Shown in pieces: positions 28,701 through 40,300 of a stretch of DNA of 64,000 bases; position 1 is the first letter of the stretch; each line of letters starts with the position of its first letter. The notes under the pieces are model-generated. The model saw only the letters and a list, made by a program, of their open reading frames with translations, had not been told where the DNA came from and ran no database searches. The DNA comes from a virus, in the IMG/VR virus record IMGVR_UViG_3300004369_000004, positions 1 through 64,000 of that record. One strand, given 5' to 3'. The position numbers were made by a program, and so were the translations under genes.

Positions 28701-31700
28701 TATTTTTAAGAAGATCTTGGTGAGCTTTTAAGCTATCCAAAAGTTCTTTTCTAGCTGCTACATAATTGTATACAGTCTTTGGATTCTTTTTAAATCTACT
28801 GTCTGCTTGTTTTAGATTACCTTCCTGATCTAGTTCAGGCTCATACATAAACAATTTGTCAATGTCAAAGTCACCACCAGACTTGGTAACCAAAGAAGGA
28901 GGAACAATAATTATAGGACCAGCAGACTCTGAAAGAAACTCACGAACACGGAAGTGCTCCATAGAGTTAAATCCTTGTACAGGAATACGTACTCCAACAA
29001 TAGTTAATTTGTCAGAATGTTCTTCAACCCACTGATCATCCATCAATGCCTTGTTAAGGTTTGTTAGATTATCTATAATCTCGCCATCCCACTCAAGCTC
29101 AAGCAAGCCACCATATTTCTTATGGTTGAATGCGATTTTAATATCTGCAGGTTGATGTTTTCCATTTACAATACGTCCATAGTCTCTAAGACCAGACACA
29201 CCGTACTTCTCAACTTGCGCTTTTGTAGGTTTAACAAATCTTGTATTACTCTTGTTAAAGCCTGAAGAAGCCGTTTGAATAAATGCTTCGCCAAACATTT
29301 TAGGCTTAAGAACTCTCTTGCTTATAGAAGTTGAGATTACATTCTCAATCAACTGTCTGTGAGGAGATACGTCTAAAGCAAACAAGAATTTATTATCCTG
29401 CACTTTGAGATAGTCATATACTGCTTGCGGAATATCTTTCTTGTCAAACTCTGACTTAATCCAATCAGCAAACTTTGCTGTGTCAAAACTAACAAGGCCT
29501 CCTTCTTGATCTACAGTAGCTCCAATAGAACTAAATATCTTAGCTTTTTCTGTTTGTACTACTACGTCAATGTTTGTCTTAAAGGCATTAATAGCTTTAG
29601 TAATCTTTTGCTCAAGACCAGGTACAGCTTTAATCTCATCTCGTATCTCACCACCCTCATAGAAGTTAGAGAATGCTAGTTTAACCATCTGTGTAGATAG
29701 AGTAGCTTCTCCCTTAAACTTAGGAGCAATGTATTGTTGTCTTCTCAAACCTTCAATAGGAAGAGTAATTAAGTTTTCTTGTTCAATGTCGTTGGTCTTT
29801 AATACTTCATTGCTTTTACCAGAAGGCTCGATTACTTTTTCAGTTTTATAAAAAGGAATAGATTCTCTAGGAGAAGACATCTTACTTCCACTATCAAAAG
29901 TAGCAAAGTCTACTCCACCTTCTAGCATGTTAACCATCAGGTCTTCTAGATCTGTCTCAAACAACGCAGAAGGAAGCAAAGGAGCAACAGAGTATTTACC
30001 CAACATCACATAATTAGTATCTTCTACAGGGGACCCCCAGTAGCCTAACTTAAGTGAAGGCAGTGCTCCTAAATTAACCTTCGCTTGAAGTGCTTTGATT
30101 TGACCGTACACTTTAGGATCAGCTGTTTCACGGTACTCCAAAACTTTCTCCATAATTTTTACCTCGTTTTGGTAAAGTTCTTCTAGTTGAGGAGTCCACT
30201 CTCCTACGCTATCCAAATAAAATCTCAAGAAGTCTAGGTTACCATAAGCCTGTGCGTCAGATTCTTTGTCTTGTCTGATTACAGAATCAAGGGCAAGTCC
30301 TAAGTCATCCTCTGCTTGAGCTTTATAGAAAACATTGTCTTTCTTTTTCTTATCAAGGCTCTTAAGGTGCTCTGCATAACTATCAATTACTGCTTCTCTA
30401 TAAAGCCTGCTTTGAGTCTCGTTATCAAAAGTCTTAATATCCTTGAACTGTACGTAGCTAAAGTTCTTAGTATAGTCTCTTACGTTATTTGGAGATACTA
30501 AAGCCTCAAGCTTTCTGCCCAACTTAGCGTTAGAGTTTCTACTAGTCAAGTCTTGGTCATCTATAATAGGCTGACGACCTGGAGAAATAGATGCACCTAA
30601 ACGTTTAAATACTTCACGCCAGTTATTAGCTGCAATATCTTTTGGCTTGATTCCAAAGTTAGAAGGATCTCCAACTAACAAGTGTAAGTATTCTACCTGG
30701 TGGGTGTAATAGTTTGTAATATAAGAAGCCAGGGTAGGATAAATATCATAATCCCCAAAGACATCTTTAAAACGTTCTTGAAGAGATGGTAGTTTTTTAG
30801 TACCTTCAATTCTTCCACCATTAATAGCTTGCGCCAGTTCATTGATGGAAGTTTCCATCTCTGTGCTAAAGAAATTAGTAAGATAGTCTTCAAAGCTTAC
30901 ATAGCCTATTGAGTTTGCTAAAGCTTTTATAGTTTCTTCTTTTGACTTCTCACTGGTTCTTAAGCTATCTATGATTTCTTTCTTAACATCCTTAGGAAGA
31001 ATGTCATTAAAAATAATAAACTGAGCACCTCTTGTCTCCTTTGCATTTAGAGTGTCCTTCTGGTTAGAGTCATCGTAGATTCTAGCCATCTCAAACTCTA
31101 AGTAATCTTTAAACTGATCAATTACTTCAGGAGCTAGAGTAATCTTTTTTGTTTCTGGATTATAACCAAACTTATCAAATCCGTAGTAAATTCTGCTACC
31201 TCTAGACTCACCTACTCTGATAGCAAACGTAGAAGACTTTGCTCCGTTACGCATGTTCTCAACAATACCTTCTTTAAGGAAAGCAGCTAAGTCTTGTACA
31301 TACTTATCGTCTACGTCTAGATTAATAGTCTTTTTATCAGAGAAACCAGTAAAGTTATCTAGACGCATTGTAACAGGCATTCTAGATTTACCTATCAGTC
31401 TTTCGCCACCTTCATTGAACATCTTGCGCATCAAGGCGGATTTTCCAATAAAGTTATTTCTATTAGGATTTAAGTGCCCAGTAAGCTCATTAATATTCTG
31501 AGCAGCATTAATCTTTTCAATCTGATAAGCTAGGTGTTGACGCTCCCTTATAGACCACTCCATGTTTCCTTCCTCGTTCAAGAATGAACCTGACTTGGTT
31601 ACATAGTAGTAGTTTTCAATTGCTTTATACAAAAGAACTCTTTCGTTATTGAGGAATTCTTTCTTGTTAAAGTTTGCAGTAAGAAAATCGTATACAGGCT

Positions 31701-34260
31701 TAAACTCCTCTTCCTTTGCTAGAGGCTTGTTCATCGCAACAATGCGATCATAGATATCAGTTCTCAAATCACTCAAGAACGTGCCTGCTGGAGTTTCAAT
31801 ATTTCTAGGTACAAGATTCTTTAGACCTCTATACTTATCGTTAAGAGGAAGATTGTAAACTAGTTCATATAACTGCATCTTTTTATATGCAGACAGAGCC
31901 ATCTTTCTAATAGCTGCAATTGTCCCAGGAGAATAAGGGGAAACACTTTTTCTTATTTGACCTTTTTTGTCAAACAATACTTTTGCTTTTCCCTGTGTTA
32001 AATTGATACCAAAAGAATCCTGTAAGAAATCAAAGATAACTTTATCAGGACTATTAGGAAGAATCTCATAAGAATCTAAAGCAGAAGAAACAGAAAATGT
32101 AGCGAAGTCCAAACCTTCGTTAGTAGTGTTTGCAAACTTTCTATATCCATCATTGTCTACTTCCCCCCTATAAGCTCTAGAAGCGCTAAGCTGAAACTCT
32201 GTATCTAAGAATTCTGCCAATGCATCTTGAGTCAATGTGTTCACAGAGAAAGTACTTAAAGTCAAAGCAGACTTTTTTCTTTGCTTTATTTTCTTTTCCT
32301 GATCTCCTTTTTCTGCAGGAGAAACTTCTTCAGAACTAACAATCTCTTCTGATGCTTTAGCTCTCACAGTAAATGGAGGAATCTGAGGCATAGTCAAAGA
32401 TTGCATAATCTGAGCCTTAAGACTCAACTCTACAGGAGTAAGAGTAACAGAGTCAGGACTTGGAAGAAGCTCGAGCAAATCGGCCATTTGAGGATTATAC
32501 TCTACTAGGCTTTGAATCTTATTGATTACATCCTTATAAGATGTCAATCCAGACAATGCATCTTGCAAAAGGTTTTTATTGTAAAGGAAGTTTCCACTTG
32601 CAGGCAACCCTAGAAGGTTACCTCTGACCAATTGTACTTCTCCGTCTACAATTCTTTTATCAGGAAGACTTCTAATAAGCTCTACTACATATGGATCGTA
32701 GAACTGCAAAGGATTAGATGCGCCAGGATCATCATAGATACCAACAGACTTGGTTTGTTCTGACTCATCCTTATCATCGTTTAGTTTGTCTTGGCTATCT
32801 TCCTTAGCTAGAGTAGTTTTAAAAATCTCTCCCTGTATGTTTTCTTGGTGATGATCTACTACTTTCTTCCAGTTCTCTTCGCTGTGAACTAACAAGCGTA
32901 AGTATGATCTTGTATTCTCTAATCTCTCTTTAGCAGATAAAGACTTTGTAGATTCAATCTGACTAGTAAGATCATCAATCAATACCTCAACTTCGTTACG
33001 TGCAAAGTTGTACAAAGAGGAAACATACTGACTTCTAAACTTCTTGTCCATCAAGCTTGTGATGCTAACCTTGTCAGCTCTCATCTTGTTGTACAAAGTG
33101 TAGTCAATAAAGCCAAAGACCTCAAATGTTTCTTGAGGAGTAAGATCAAAAGTATTCTTGCCTGACTCATTCTCATAGTCTAGGCTAAATCCTATAGATC
33201 TATTAAGTAAGTCAAAGCTAACGTTAGTATTGTCTAGAGAGAATCTACTAAAGTTACTAGTGTAAAGAGTCTCAAATACTTCTCCTACTTTAGAATTTTG
33301 AAGATCTTTAAAAGTGATTTTCTTTTGTTCAACAGGTACTCCCGTAAAGAAAGACTTCAAGAAATCTTGAATTTTTTGGAAGATAGTTCTTACAGGCTTC
33401 TCCAATTTCTCAGGAGACTTGGTGCGAGTAATTGCATATGCTCTGTACTCCTCTGCCAAGATCTCTTCTGTCTGTCTATCAGTGAGTGCGTAATAAGGAA
33501 TACTGATTTCACCTATCTTTACAGAACCTTCTCTGTCTCTTACAGAAGCATAGAGCTCTGTGCGCTCTTCTTTAGATAGAAACTTTTGAGTGAATTCGTG
33601 AAAAGATTCGTGATACAAATCTGTTTTTTCCGAACCTCTATATACTGTTAAAGCATTCTTAGACCATGTAGCATATGCACCACTGTTAACAATGTTAGAC
33701 ATGTTAACAAAGTTGATATGTTTAGAGATCTCACTTTTTTGAAAATTAACATAGGCATCTAGTTGATCCAAAGCCGTAGTAGGCTCCATGTTATTCAGCA
33801 ATGAATTAGGATCTTGCTCTAGTTGTTCTCTTGTTACATCAAGAACTCCGTAAAAGTTTTCTCTACGTATAGCAGAAGCTCTTGCTGATTGTCGTATGTA
33901 TGATTGAGATATATCTTCAACTGTACCTTTTTTCCTATCAATGAATTCTTTTACTGCTTTGACTTTCTGAGCAGAAGACTTATTGTCAAACTCAGGATTA
34001 GCTTTTTTAAAGTTATTTCCAAAAGTAATAGACATTGCTAGAGTTGCAGCTCTAGAATCTCCTTTAAATGAGTCCTCTAATTTTTCATAAAACTTATTAC
34101 CAATTACTTTATCTAACTTGGCTCTTTTGTCAAGTCTTTGATGTAAAGGCAATCCATTGTTTTTATCCCAAAGGAAGTATGCAAAGTCCTCACCCACAAT
34201 CTGGCTAAGGTCATTAAATTGTTTTCTTATATTAGGATCTGATAAATTAGGACAAATCAT
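25711..34260 (-). CDS. virion DNA-dependent RNA polymerase (crAss-like, phi14:2 gp66-type), 2849 aa
   Basis: Catalytic GGDFDIDKLF (28858-28872), preceded by VGVRIPVQG; FKRLG and DAQAY motifs; N-terminal HESFH zincin motif. Confidence 0.9.
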   Translation of the reverse strand: MICPNLSDPNIRKQFNDLSQIVGEDFAYFLWDKNNGLPLHQRLDKRAKLDKVIGNKFYEKLEDSFKGDSRAATLAMSITFGNNFKKANPEFDNKSSAQKVKAVKEFIDRKKGTVEDISQSYIRQSARASAIRRENFYGVLDVTREQLEQDPNSLLNNMEPTTALDQLDAYVNFQKSEISKHINFVNMSNIVNSGAYATWSKNALTVYRGSEKTDLYHESFHEFTQKFLSKEERTELYASVRDREGSVKIGEISIPYYALTDRQTEEILAEEYRAYAITRTKSPEKLEKPVRTIFQKIQDFLKSFFTGVPVEQKKITFKDLQNSKVGEVFETLYTSNFSRFSLDNTNVSFDLLNRSIGFSLDYENESGKNTFDLTPQETFEVFGFIDYTLYNKMRADKVSITSLMDKKFRSQYVSSLYNFARNEVEVLIDDLTSQIESTKSLSAKERLENTRSYLRLLVHSEENWKKVVDHHQENIQGEIFKTTLAKEDSQDKLNDDKDESEQTKSVGIYDDPGASNPLQFYDPYVVELIRSLPDKRIVDGEVQLVRGNLLGLPASGNFLYNKNLLQDALSGLTSYKDVINKIQSLVEYNPQMADLLELLPSPDSVTLTPVELSLKAQIMQSLTMPQIPPFTVRAKASEEIVSSEEVSPAEKGDQEKKIKQRKKSALTLSTFSVNTLTQDALAEFLDTEFQLSASRAYRGEVDNDGYRKFANTTNEGLDFATFSVSSALDSYEILPNSPDKVIFDFLQDSFGINLTQGKAKVLFDKKGQIRKSVSPYSPGTIAAIRKMALSAYKKMQLYELVYNLPLNDKYRGLKNLVPRNIETPAGTFLSDLRTDIYDRIVAMNKPLAKEEEFKPVYDFLTANFNKKEFLNNERVLLYKAIENYYYVTKSGSFLNEEGNMEWSIRERQHLAYQIEKINAAQNINELTGHLNPNRNNFIGKSALMRKMFNEGGERLIGKSRMPVTMRLDNFTGFSDKKTINLDVDDKYVQDLAAFLKEGIVENMRNGAKSSTFAIRVGESRGSRIYYGFDKFGYNPETKKITLAPEVIDQFKDYLEFEMARIYDDSNQKDTLNAKETRGAQFIIFNDILPKDVKKEIIDSLRTSEKSKEETIKALANSIGYVSFEDYLTNFFSTEMETSINELAQAINGGRIEGTKKLPSLQERFKDVFGDYDIYPTLASYITNYYTHQVEYLHLLVGDPSNFGIKPKDIAANNWREVFKRLGASISPGRQPIIDDQDLTSRNSNAKLGRKLEALVSPNNVRDYTKNFSYVQFKDIKTFDNETQSRLYREAVIDSYAEHLKSLDKKKKDNVFYKAQAEDDLGLALDSVIRQDKESDAQAYGNLDFLRFYLDSVGEWTPQLEELYQNEVKIMEKVLEYRETADPKVYGQIKALQAKVNLGALPSLKLGYWGSPVEDTNYVMLGKYSVAPLLPSALFETDLEDLMVNMLEGGVDFATFDSGSKMSSPRESIPFYKTEKVIEPSGKSNEVLKTNDIEQENLITLPIEGLRRQQYIAPKFKGEATLSTQMVKLAFSNFYEGGEIRDEIKAVPGLEQKITKAINAFKTNIDVVVQTEKAKIFSSIGATVDQEGGLVSFDTAKFADWIKSEFDKKDIPQAVYDYLKVQDNKFLFALDVSPHRQLIENVISTSISKRVLKPKMFGEAFIQTASSGFNKSNTRFVKPTKAQVEKYGVSGLRDYGRIVNGKHQPADIKIAFNHKKYGGLLELEWDGEIIDNLTNLNKALMDDQWVEEHSDKLTIVGVRIPVQGFNSMEHFRVREFLSESAGPIIIVPPSLVTKSGGDFDIDKLFMYEPELDQEGNLKQADSRFKKNPKTVYNYVAARKELLDSLKAHQDLLKNKLEEFKSKYDSQQTAVQVLEKHIANNGMILNFDKSKLSDQEKSEIFDSAFDQLTFLEKLTEASKDDAQVRALYESIKAMRSKYAEVAQYSPGKIKSGFSNELIQSLSSVLSEPAIMKQMLKPNDSPILKKIANHYNEVYKKGKGRISSSRMFTPSVSLQIFKENAMAKKGLGTAAKMNALHKLYQQTGLRYTNEFFMKNYLMRANKVNNSINLGGYYDANNEHLISDLIDEFINGFVDVEKEDWVNYFNADNKRAPIILQMVLNGTPIEDAILLVNQPIVQHYLKNSRLNSTSRLLGEKSSGVMNYLREGLTALGKKKFIGFTNNIPDLNKTINNILKDDYFTKHIRNMSEESYAPSVDNTREAYDNLLEAAKQGESTSELAAQIAFMTQYHLVSEQNKDLLNLNSAIDFNTARYITLNDFHRVVNTIKEESDNFNQDGINKILKDSVVSPFNLTKEAIAIGENAFSIMGMAWYQDFLNDFTKEYGKYWAPDERSTEVNNLNNAIMHGIIQQYSFSEEDDVDYYLEYGPNSGYLTQNGVGNLRSKFTELFRKKTQENSELKDFAQNNLFLKNFKTKNVENTNKFYVAMETNERDPIMVDSMQKSFQDGLNYGLSTPGSGDVNLDEQVRQFFHDVASATIMGQGFTIKYRSLQPYLPLDALDAIVPAMDEMDTIAEKVKVVPGEVSEDRMKLLAYMQQILKLHNKVNGTKTSALNNSRYFPDYRSGVKGIRISPYKTQLSAMLSPNTTLAKSKGNLKTDWKVEFNGKKYEDAWAAYTKTKDVLEREGKISGKRQELLTNNMTDILEARFLQNSRMFGALYDKGGLEFLENSYVEGLSAEWNSTPLSRGWYIDSLKAAYERVLPEMEEAWVNREPTSEKMIDSETSETMEDPSADYVPMDFTEEDSLESLAQESGLKIKDKSSTVKEQEPAELSEEDLTYGIELPNGETMSLSYDQITAENLKQYFPQLTAQQAAKAAEAFRQELRDNNPGYDFETKC

Positions 34261-34276
34261 TACTTTTCAATTTATA

Positions 34277-34284
34277 CAAATATA
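34277..34284 (-). promoter_or_regulatory. Bacteroidota -7 element TATATTTG upstream of the vRNAP gene
   Basis: CAAATATA on the + strand, 16 nt upstream of the start codon; -33 TTG not evident. Confidence 0.6.
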
Positions 34285-34314
34285 CTTTAAAACTAAAAGA
34301 AATAAAGAGTTATA

Positions 34315-37300
34315 TTACAAACCAGGACCTGATCTACGGCCAGATTTTATAGCAGCTTTTCTACCAGAACCTGTCTTACAAACTTCTTTATTTTCTTTAC
34401 CTTGTTGTTTTTGATTTTCATCAAGCGCTTCGTCAGTTACAGAATTCTCCATTTCCTCAAAGCTTAGGGGTGTTTTCTCTTTACCAGCAGGAACAACTTC
34501 TTCAGATTTCCAATCCTCCCTAGCTACTCTTACAAGGTTGTAATCAGCTTCTCTGCTATCAGATTTATCGACTATAACAGATCCAATTACAACAGAATTA
34601 TCTGGAAGAGCAGCAGCTTGAGTAGAAGTTAATCTTCTAGCCAATACTCTTTTAGTCTTTCCATTTTTATCTGTGACAGAAAGAAGAACTAATTCAAAAT
34701 CTGGATTATCAATAACTCTCTCGTAAGCTTGCCCAGTAATCTCGCCTTGCTCATTCGGAATCAATACCTGAACATCAGTAACAGAATTAGGATTAGCTTC
34801 AATCTGAGCAATAAGCTCATCGTAGTCTAACTCTTTCATTGGAGGAAGCTTTCCTAAATAATCTGCAAACTCTGCATGAGGCACAACAGCAAACTTGTCT
34901 TGTATCTTAGGTTTAAGAGTCGTAGACTTCTTAGTTTCTGTAGGACCTTCTAAGGCAGCTAATGATTCTTTTTCCTCCCTAGACAACCCTACAGAATTTA
35001 ATTCTTGAGTTGTAAGTTTAGCGCCAAAAGATTTATTTATATTTTCTAAAACTTGTCTAGAAGGAGTGGGGAAAACTAAATCAGAAAACTTAGGAGAAAG
35101 AGAAGTGCCTAATTGAGATCCTCTTCCTTTTCCTGAAAAATAAGCAGAAGTAACATACTTGATTTTTTGTTCATCTGTTACAATCTCTTTATTATTCTCA
35201 TCAGTTACCTTTCCTAATCTTTGATACTTTTCATTGTAAGGCTTAATTGCCTCATACAAATCAACCAAGTATTGACGAGTAGCAGGAGAAAGACTTGCTA
35301 AAACTTCGTCAGAGATATTATTAAATCTTTTATCGTTACCTTCATAGAAGGCTTTCTCAAAGATTCTAAATAAAGTTTTCTGTTGTGCTTGATCTACAGG
35401 TGCTTCCGAAGACTCTTGCTCTTCTACCTTTTGTTTGATCTTAGATGGAGGAGTAGCAGCAGCTTTAATATTCTTAACCTTGTTAATCTTATCAATAGCT
35501 TCTAGATCCAAATACAAAGATTTGTTTACCATAGAGGTAACTTTGTTCTCTTTGTCTACTGGTAGCTCATGAGTTCTTTTTATGTAATCAAGATAAGACT
35601 CTTGGCCTATCTCAATTTCACCCGCCTCATTCAAAGAAACAAACGGTATCTTGTTTCCAAACTTTTTTCCACCCAAAAGATAATCTGCGTCTACTTTGTA
35701 ATAATGATCTTGTAGAGTCTTAATAAACTCTTCTTTGCTTAGAGTTTTAAACTGTCTCTTACCATCTTTATCAGTAGTAACTCTTTTAGGCTTGATAAGC
35801 TGATCAAGAATTTCTTGACCCTCAACACTTCTATAACGCTCTCCTTCGAAGAACATCAATCGATTGTCTTTATCAATCTGGTTAATTACAGTTCTTAGGA
35901 ATGCGTCAAGTTGGGCGGGGCTAATAAGATCTGTATTATTAGAATACACAAGCTCAGCAATTGCTACAGCTTCTGCTTCAGAGATCTTACGGTTATTTAG
36001 AATAACAGGATTACCGTTGTTGTTGTAGTACAAACGACCCAGTTGGAACTTAAAGTATTTATCAAAGATAGACTCAGAAGAATTCTGCGCAATTTGAAAA
36101 TCATTCAAGCTTGCAGTTTCAGATATTCCAGGAACATCTTGTACAGCCATGTAATTAGTACGTGGCAACAGCACACCTTCAGATACGTCTGCATCTAATA
36201 CTACATCAGTATCATCGTTCTCTTTAAGGTAATCGATAAGAGTATTTCTAGCATCATAAGCAGGTCCATAAGTTGACAATACTTCATCTTCTGTGACTCC
36301 GAGCTCAGTGCCTTCTCTTTCTACACGTCTTGAGTTTCTCCAAGGAACTTTTTTCCAATTAGAATTCTTTCTACCTTCTGCAGATTGTTCTGCAGTAAAG
36401 TTTAATTCGAGCGGATATCCACCCTCATCATAAACAATCTTACCTTTTTCATCCGCAACAGTGATAAGTACGTCAGGTTGATTAACCAATCCTCTGCCTT
36501 TGTTGCGCAAGAAGAAATCAATCTGACCCTCATCAAAGAAGTTCTCACCTAACATGTCTGTAATAGGCTGAAGGAAAGTTACTTTCTCCTCTTCAGACAA
36601 CTGTTTAAACTTAAGACCAAGCAAATTAGCATCTGAAGTTTCAAAGAAATTAGATATAGTCTTTAAACGCTCCTCGATTTGTTGATCAGATTCTTTAGGG
36701 AATCTATTAGATAAAACCTCTCTTAGGAATTGTCTTCTATTAAGGACCTTAGCTTTAAAAGGTTCCTCAGATAGCTTATCTAAGAACTTAACTCTTCTTA
36801 CAACAGCAGGATCAGTAGACAATTCATTTTGAGCATTTACCTCAATACCAGCAGTTCGTGCAGGAGAAGTTAATTCTAATAGTCTAGCACGTCTAGCATT
36901 CATAATAGCATCAAGCTTCTGCAAACCTGCAGTGATATTATCAGGAACTTTTTCTTCACGAGCTTCTTCGCTTACTGGCGGTCTGTCCTCAGATTCGTCT
37001 TCTGCGGCTTCTTCAGTAGAAGGTACTTCCTCTGTAGTAGCTGTAGTATTAAAGTCTGTTGTAGGATTCTTAAGTACAACTTTAGTGGCAGTTTTTTCCC
37101 ATAGTTCTAACTCAGCCAACGCTTCTTGTAGTGAAGAGATTCTAGGACTGTTAGGATTAGTAGATTCAATTGTTGCAATTTCTGCAACAATCCCAGCCTT
37201 TGCCTCATTAAGTTCATCGGTAAAAGCCGATTTATCTTTGTTAGCTAGATAGTTGTTAAGGATTTGTTTAAGCTTTCTAGCTCTAGCACTATTAGGATTA

Positions 37301-40300
37301 AAGTGCACATTAACACGATTCCTTAGTATTTCTGCAATTTGTTCAGGAGTCTTATTAGCTGTGATTCTATCGTAGTATTCTTTTTGAATATCTTTCTTCT
37401 CAGAATTACCAGACTCATCTGTTGTATTATCTGCTTGAGATGCTTGAATAGAAAGATCTACCAAATCATCCCTTTGCTCAGTTGGATCTGTGTTAGGGTT
37501 ACCCTGAGCAGCATCTGAGCTATCATAAGTTCCCGTCTCGGCTAGAGACTGACTACGTTGAATACCTCTTTTTGTAATGTATTCGTTTCTAAGAGACTCG
37601 AATTCCTCAGGGGTAACGTTAACTTCAACAGTGTCACCAAGTTTTAAGTACTCATTTAACTGATCAAGACTAAAATAAACTCCTCTATCCATTGCAACCA
37701 GAGCCTCAAATGCTCTAGTGAAATCTCCATTTTGATTTCTTGAATCTCTAAGGTTAACAAACATGTCAGCCATGCTCAAGTTAAAGTTCTCTTGAAGAAT
37801 GTTATAGAGATCTTGATTTATATGATTTTTATTAAACTCTACCTTACGTATAAAATCAATTAGCCCTTTAACATCCACCTTCTCTAAGAACATTTGGATA
37901 TCTGTATTAGCTAACTCCTCTTCAAACTTACTATATTCTTGCTCAGCAGACTTACCAGTTAACTCTTCAAATCTTTCCCCATATGCATTAAAGAGTTCTT
38001 TTTTTCTACGTAAAGCGCTTTCGTACTTTTTACTCTTAATCTTTTCTATCTCGTCTATATCATTCTTAAGATTTGAATAAGATTGAGCAATAGCTTCTGG
38101 ATTAGTCTCTTCTTTAACTGCATTGATCTTCTCGTTGTACAGATTATTAATGATTTCATCCTTCTGCTCACGAGACATATTAGCATACTTATCAGCTCTC
38201 TGCTCAGTTCTTACAATATCAGTCTCTATATCTTTAATGATATTATTAAGATCTTCTTCTGTGAATGAAAGATCTTCATCTACTATAAGATTTTGAGCAC
38301 GTAAAGATTCAATAAGTTCAGGCGTAAGATCTGTTTTATTAACGTTGATCTTACGTGTCTTATCTAAGATCTGTCCTAACTTAGTTAGTCTAGTGTGATT
38401 TGCAATATCTTCAGGAGTGGCCGTCTCATCTTCAATTTTAGTAGTCAGTACAGCCAAATCAGCCTTAACAGCATCGTATTGTTCTTGTGCTCTTTGAACT
38501 GCTTTAGAGGCTCCTTTATGTGCCGCAAGTTCTGCTCTTTGTTCCTCAGTCATATTTGCAAAATCTAGCTGAAGTAGATCATTGCGTTTTACTGCATTTG
38601 TAAACAAAGAAAATCTAGTATCCTCATCATTCAAGAAGTCAGGAAGATTAGCCATCTTCTCAAGCACAGGAATATTTTCATATACAGTCTTAAGTTCTTC
38701 TATACGATAAATACCATCTCTGAATTCTTTTTCAGTAATAGCTCCCTCATCATATTCTTTCTTAAGGTGTGCTCTAAACAACTCTGGATTATTTGCAGCT
38801 TCGTAGTTTGATTGATTCTGTAGGTAATCTCTACGTGTAATAGAGTAGTGGCGCATTCCTGCATTTAAACCACTATAAAGAAGACCTGCTTTAAAAGACT
38901 CTCCCAAAGTTTCCATGACAGCGTCTGAGTCAAACTTTGTTTTCTCTCTACCAATAGCATCATACTCTTCATCGTAGATATGATTAGAAATCAGATATTC
39001 TCCAAGAAGCGCCATTTCTTCCTCAAAGCTTTCAAGTAAGTTAAACTTACCAACGTTCTTTAGAAAGTCTGCCCCACCTCTAACGTAGTTAGTCATAAGC
39101 TGAGATCTAGTTAGTTCTAAACCAGCAGCTGTTCTAGCAGAGCCTGCAGTAGTTCTTGTATATCCTTTAACTTTAAGACCTCCTACATCAGGAAAACCTA
39201 TACCTTCAGTTAGACCTTCGTTCAAAGCATGTGCCCAAGCTCTGCTTTTATAATTACCTCCCCACTTCTTCTCTTCTTCTACCATCTTAGGATAGGTATT
39301 AGCAGTTACGAGTGTAAGAGTAGAAAGACGATCTGCTAATTGTAGTTCTCCAATAACAGGAGCTTTAATCTTATTAAGCTTATCGTAAGCGCTAAGACCT
39401 CCCATAGAAGCAAATCCTCTTCTAAGTAAAGCACTCTCTACAATAATAGGAAGCATGTCTCCTGTAATAGTCATACCTGACTCAAATAAACCAGACCAGT
39501 TATAATCATTACCGTTATCTGAGTTAATAAGAAAGTCAGAAGACATTACTGCATTACCAAACTTATCATAAGATACAACCTCAGGTGTATAAAAAGCCCT
39601 ACGAGACAATTGTCTCTCAGCTTCTTTTGCACCCTCAGGAAGATAGGCTGTACCTGTTTTAGATACACCATATGCCCAAGCTTCTAGTCTATCTGCAAAT
39701 GCTCTAAATCCTCCAGAAGTAGCTCCTTTTTCAATACCGTAAAGTTTTTCAAGATTACTTTCTCTATTTCCTAGAGTGTTTAAAGCCTTTAGATACTCAT
39801 CTCTTTGATTAGATATAGCCTTATACTCAGTATCTGCTGGATCTTTTAAGTTATTTAAAGTACTGTTAAGGTCTTGTATAGCTAAAGATAAAGCATACTT
39901 AGACTTGCTAAGATGTTCTTTCTCAAGATCATACTTAAAGTAATTATCGTCTTTATTAGTAGGACTTTGAGTTACTTTACCTCTTAAAGCTTTTCTGTAA
40001 GAATCTAAATAGGCTTGGCTGCCTTCTACATTCTCCATCTTAGACCAATCAAACTCTCTACCTTTATAAGTATCAATTCGATTAGCATCGGGGTCAGCTT
40101 CTCTATAGAATTCTGATCCTACTGTATTAAACTTATCTTCTAGTATGTTTGACAGATAAGGATTAAATGCATTTTTATCAGTAGTAATGTCAGTTATATT
40201 ATTAATATCCTGAACCAATTTAGCTACGTCCAAAGATTTTGCTGCTTCAATACCTCTCTTCTGATTTAAGTAACTAGAAGCGTATCCATATAACTCGTTA

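Noticed and set aside
5305-34260. Inteins or group I introns in dnaB, polA or the vRNAP gene
   Set aside because: The ORFs are uninterrupted, dnaB and polA are of normal length, and I saw no intein splice motifs or LAGLIDADG blocks. The terminal Cys residues are not in an intein context.
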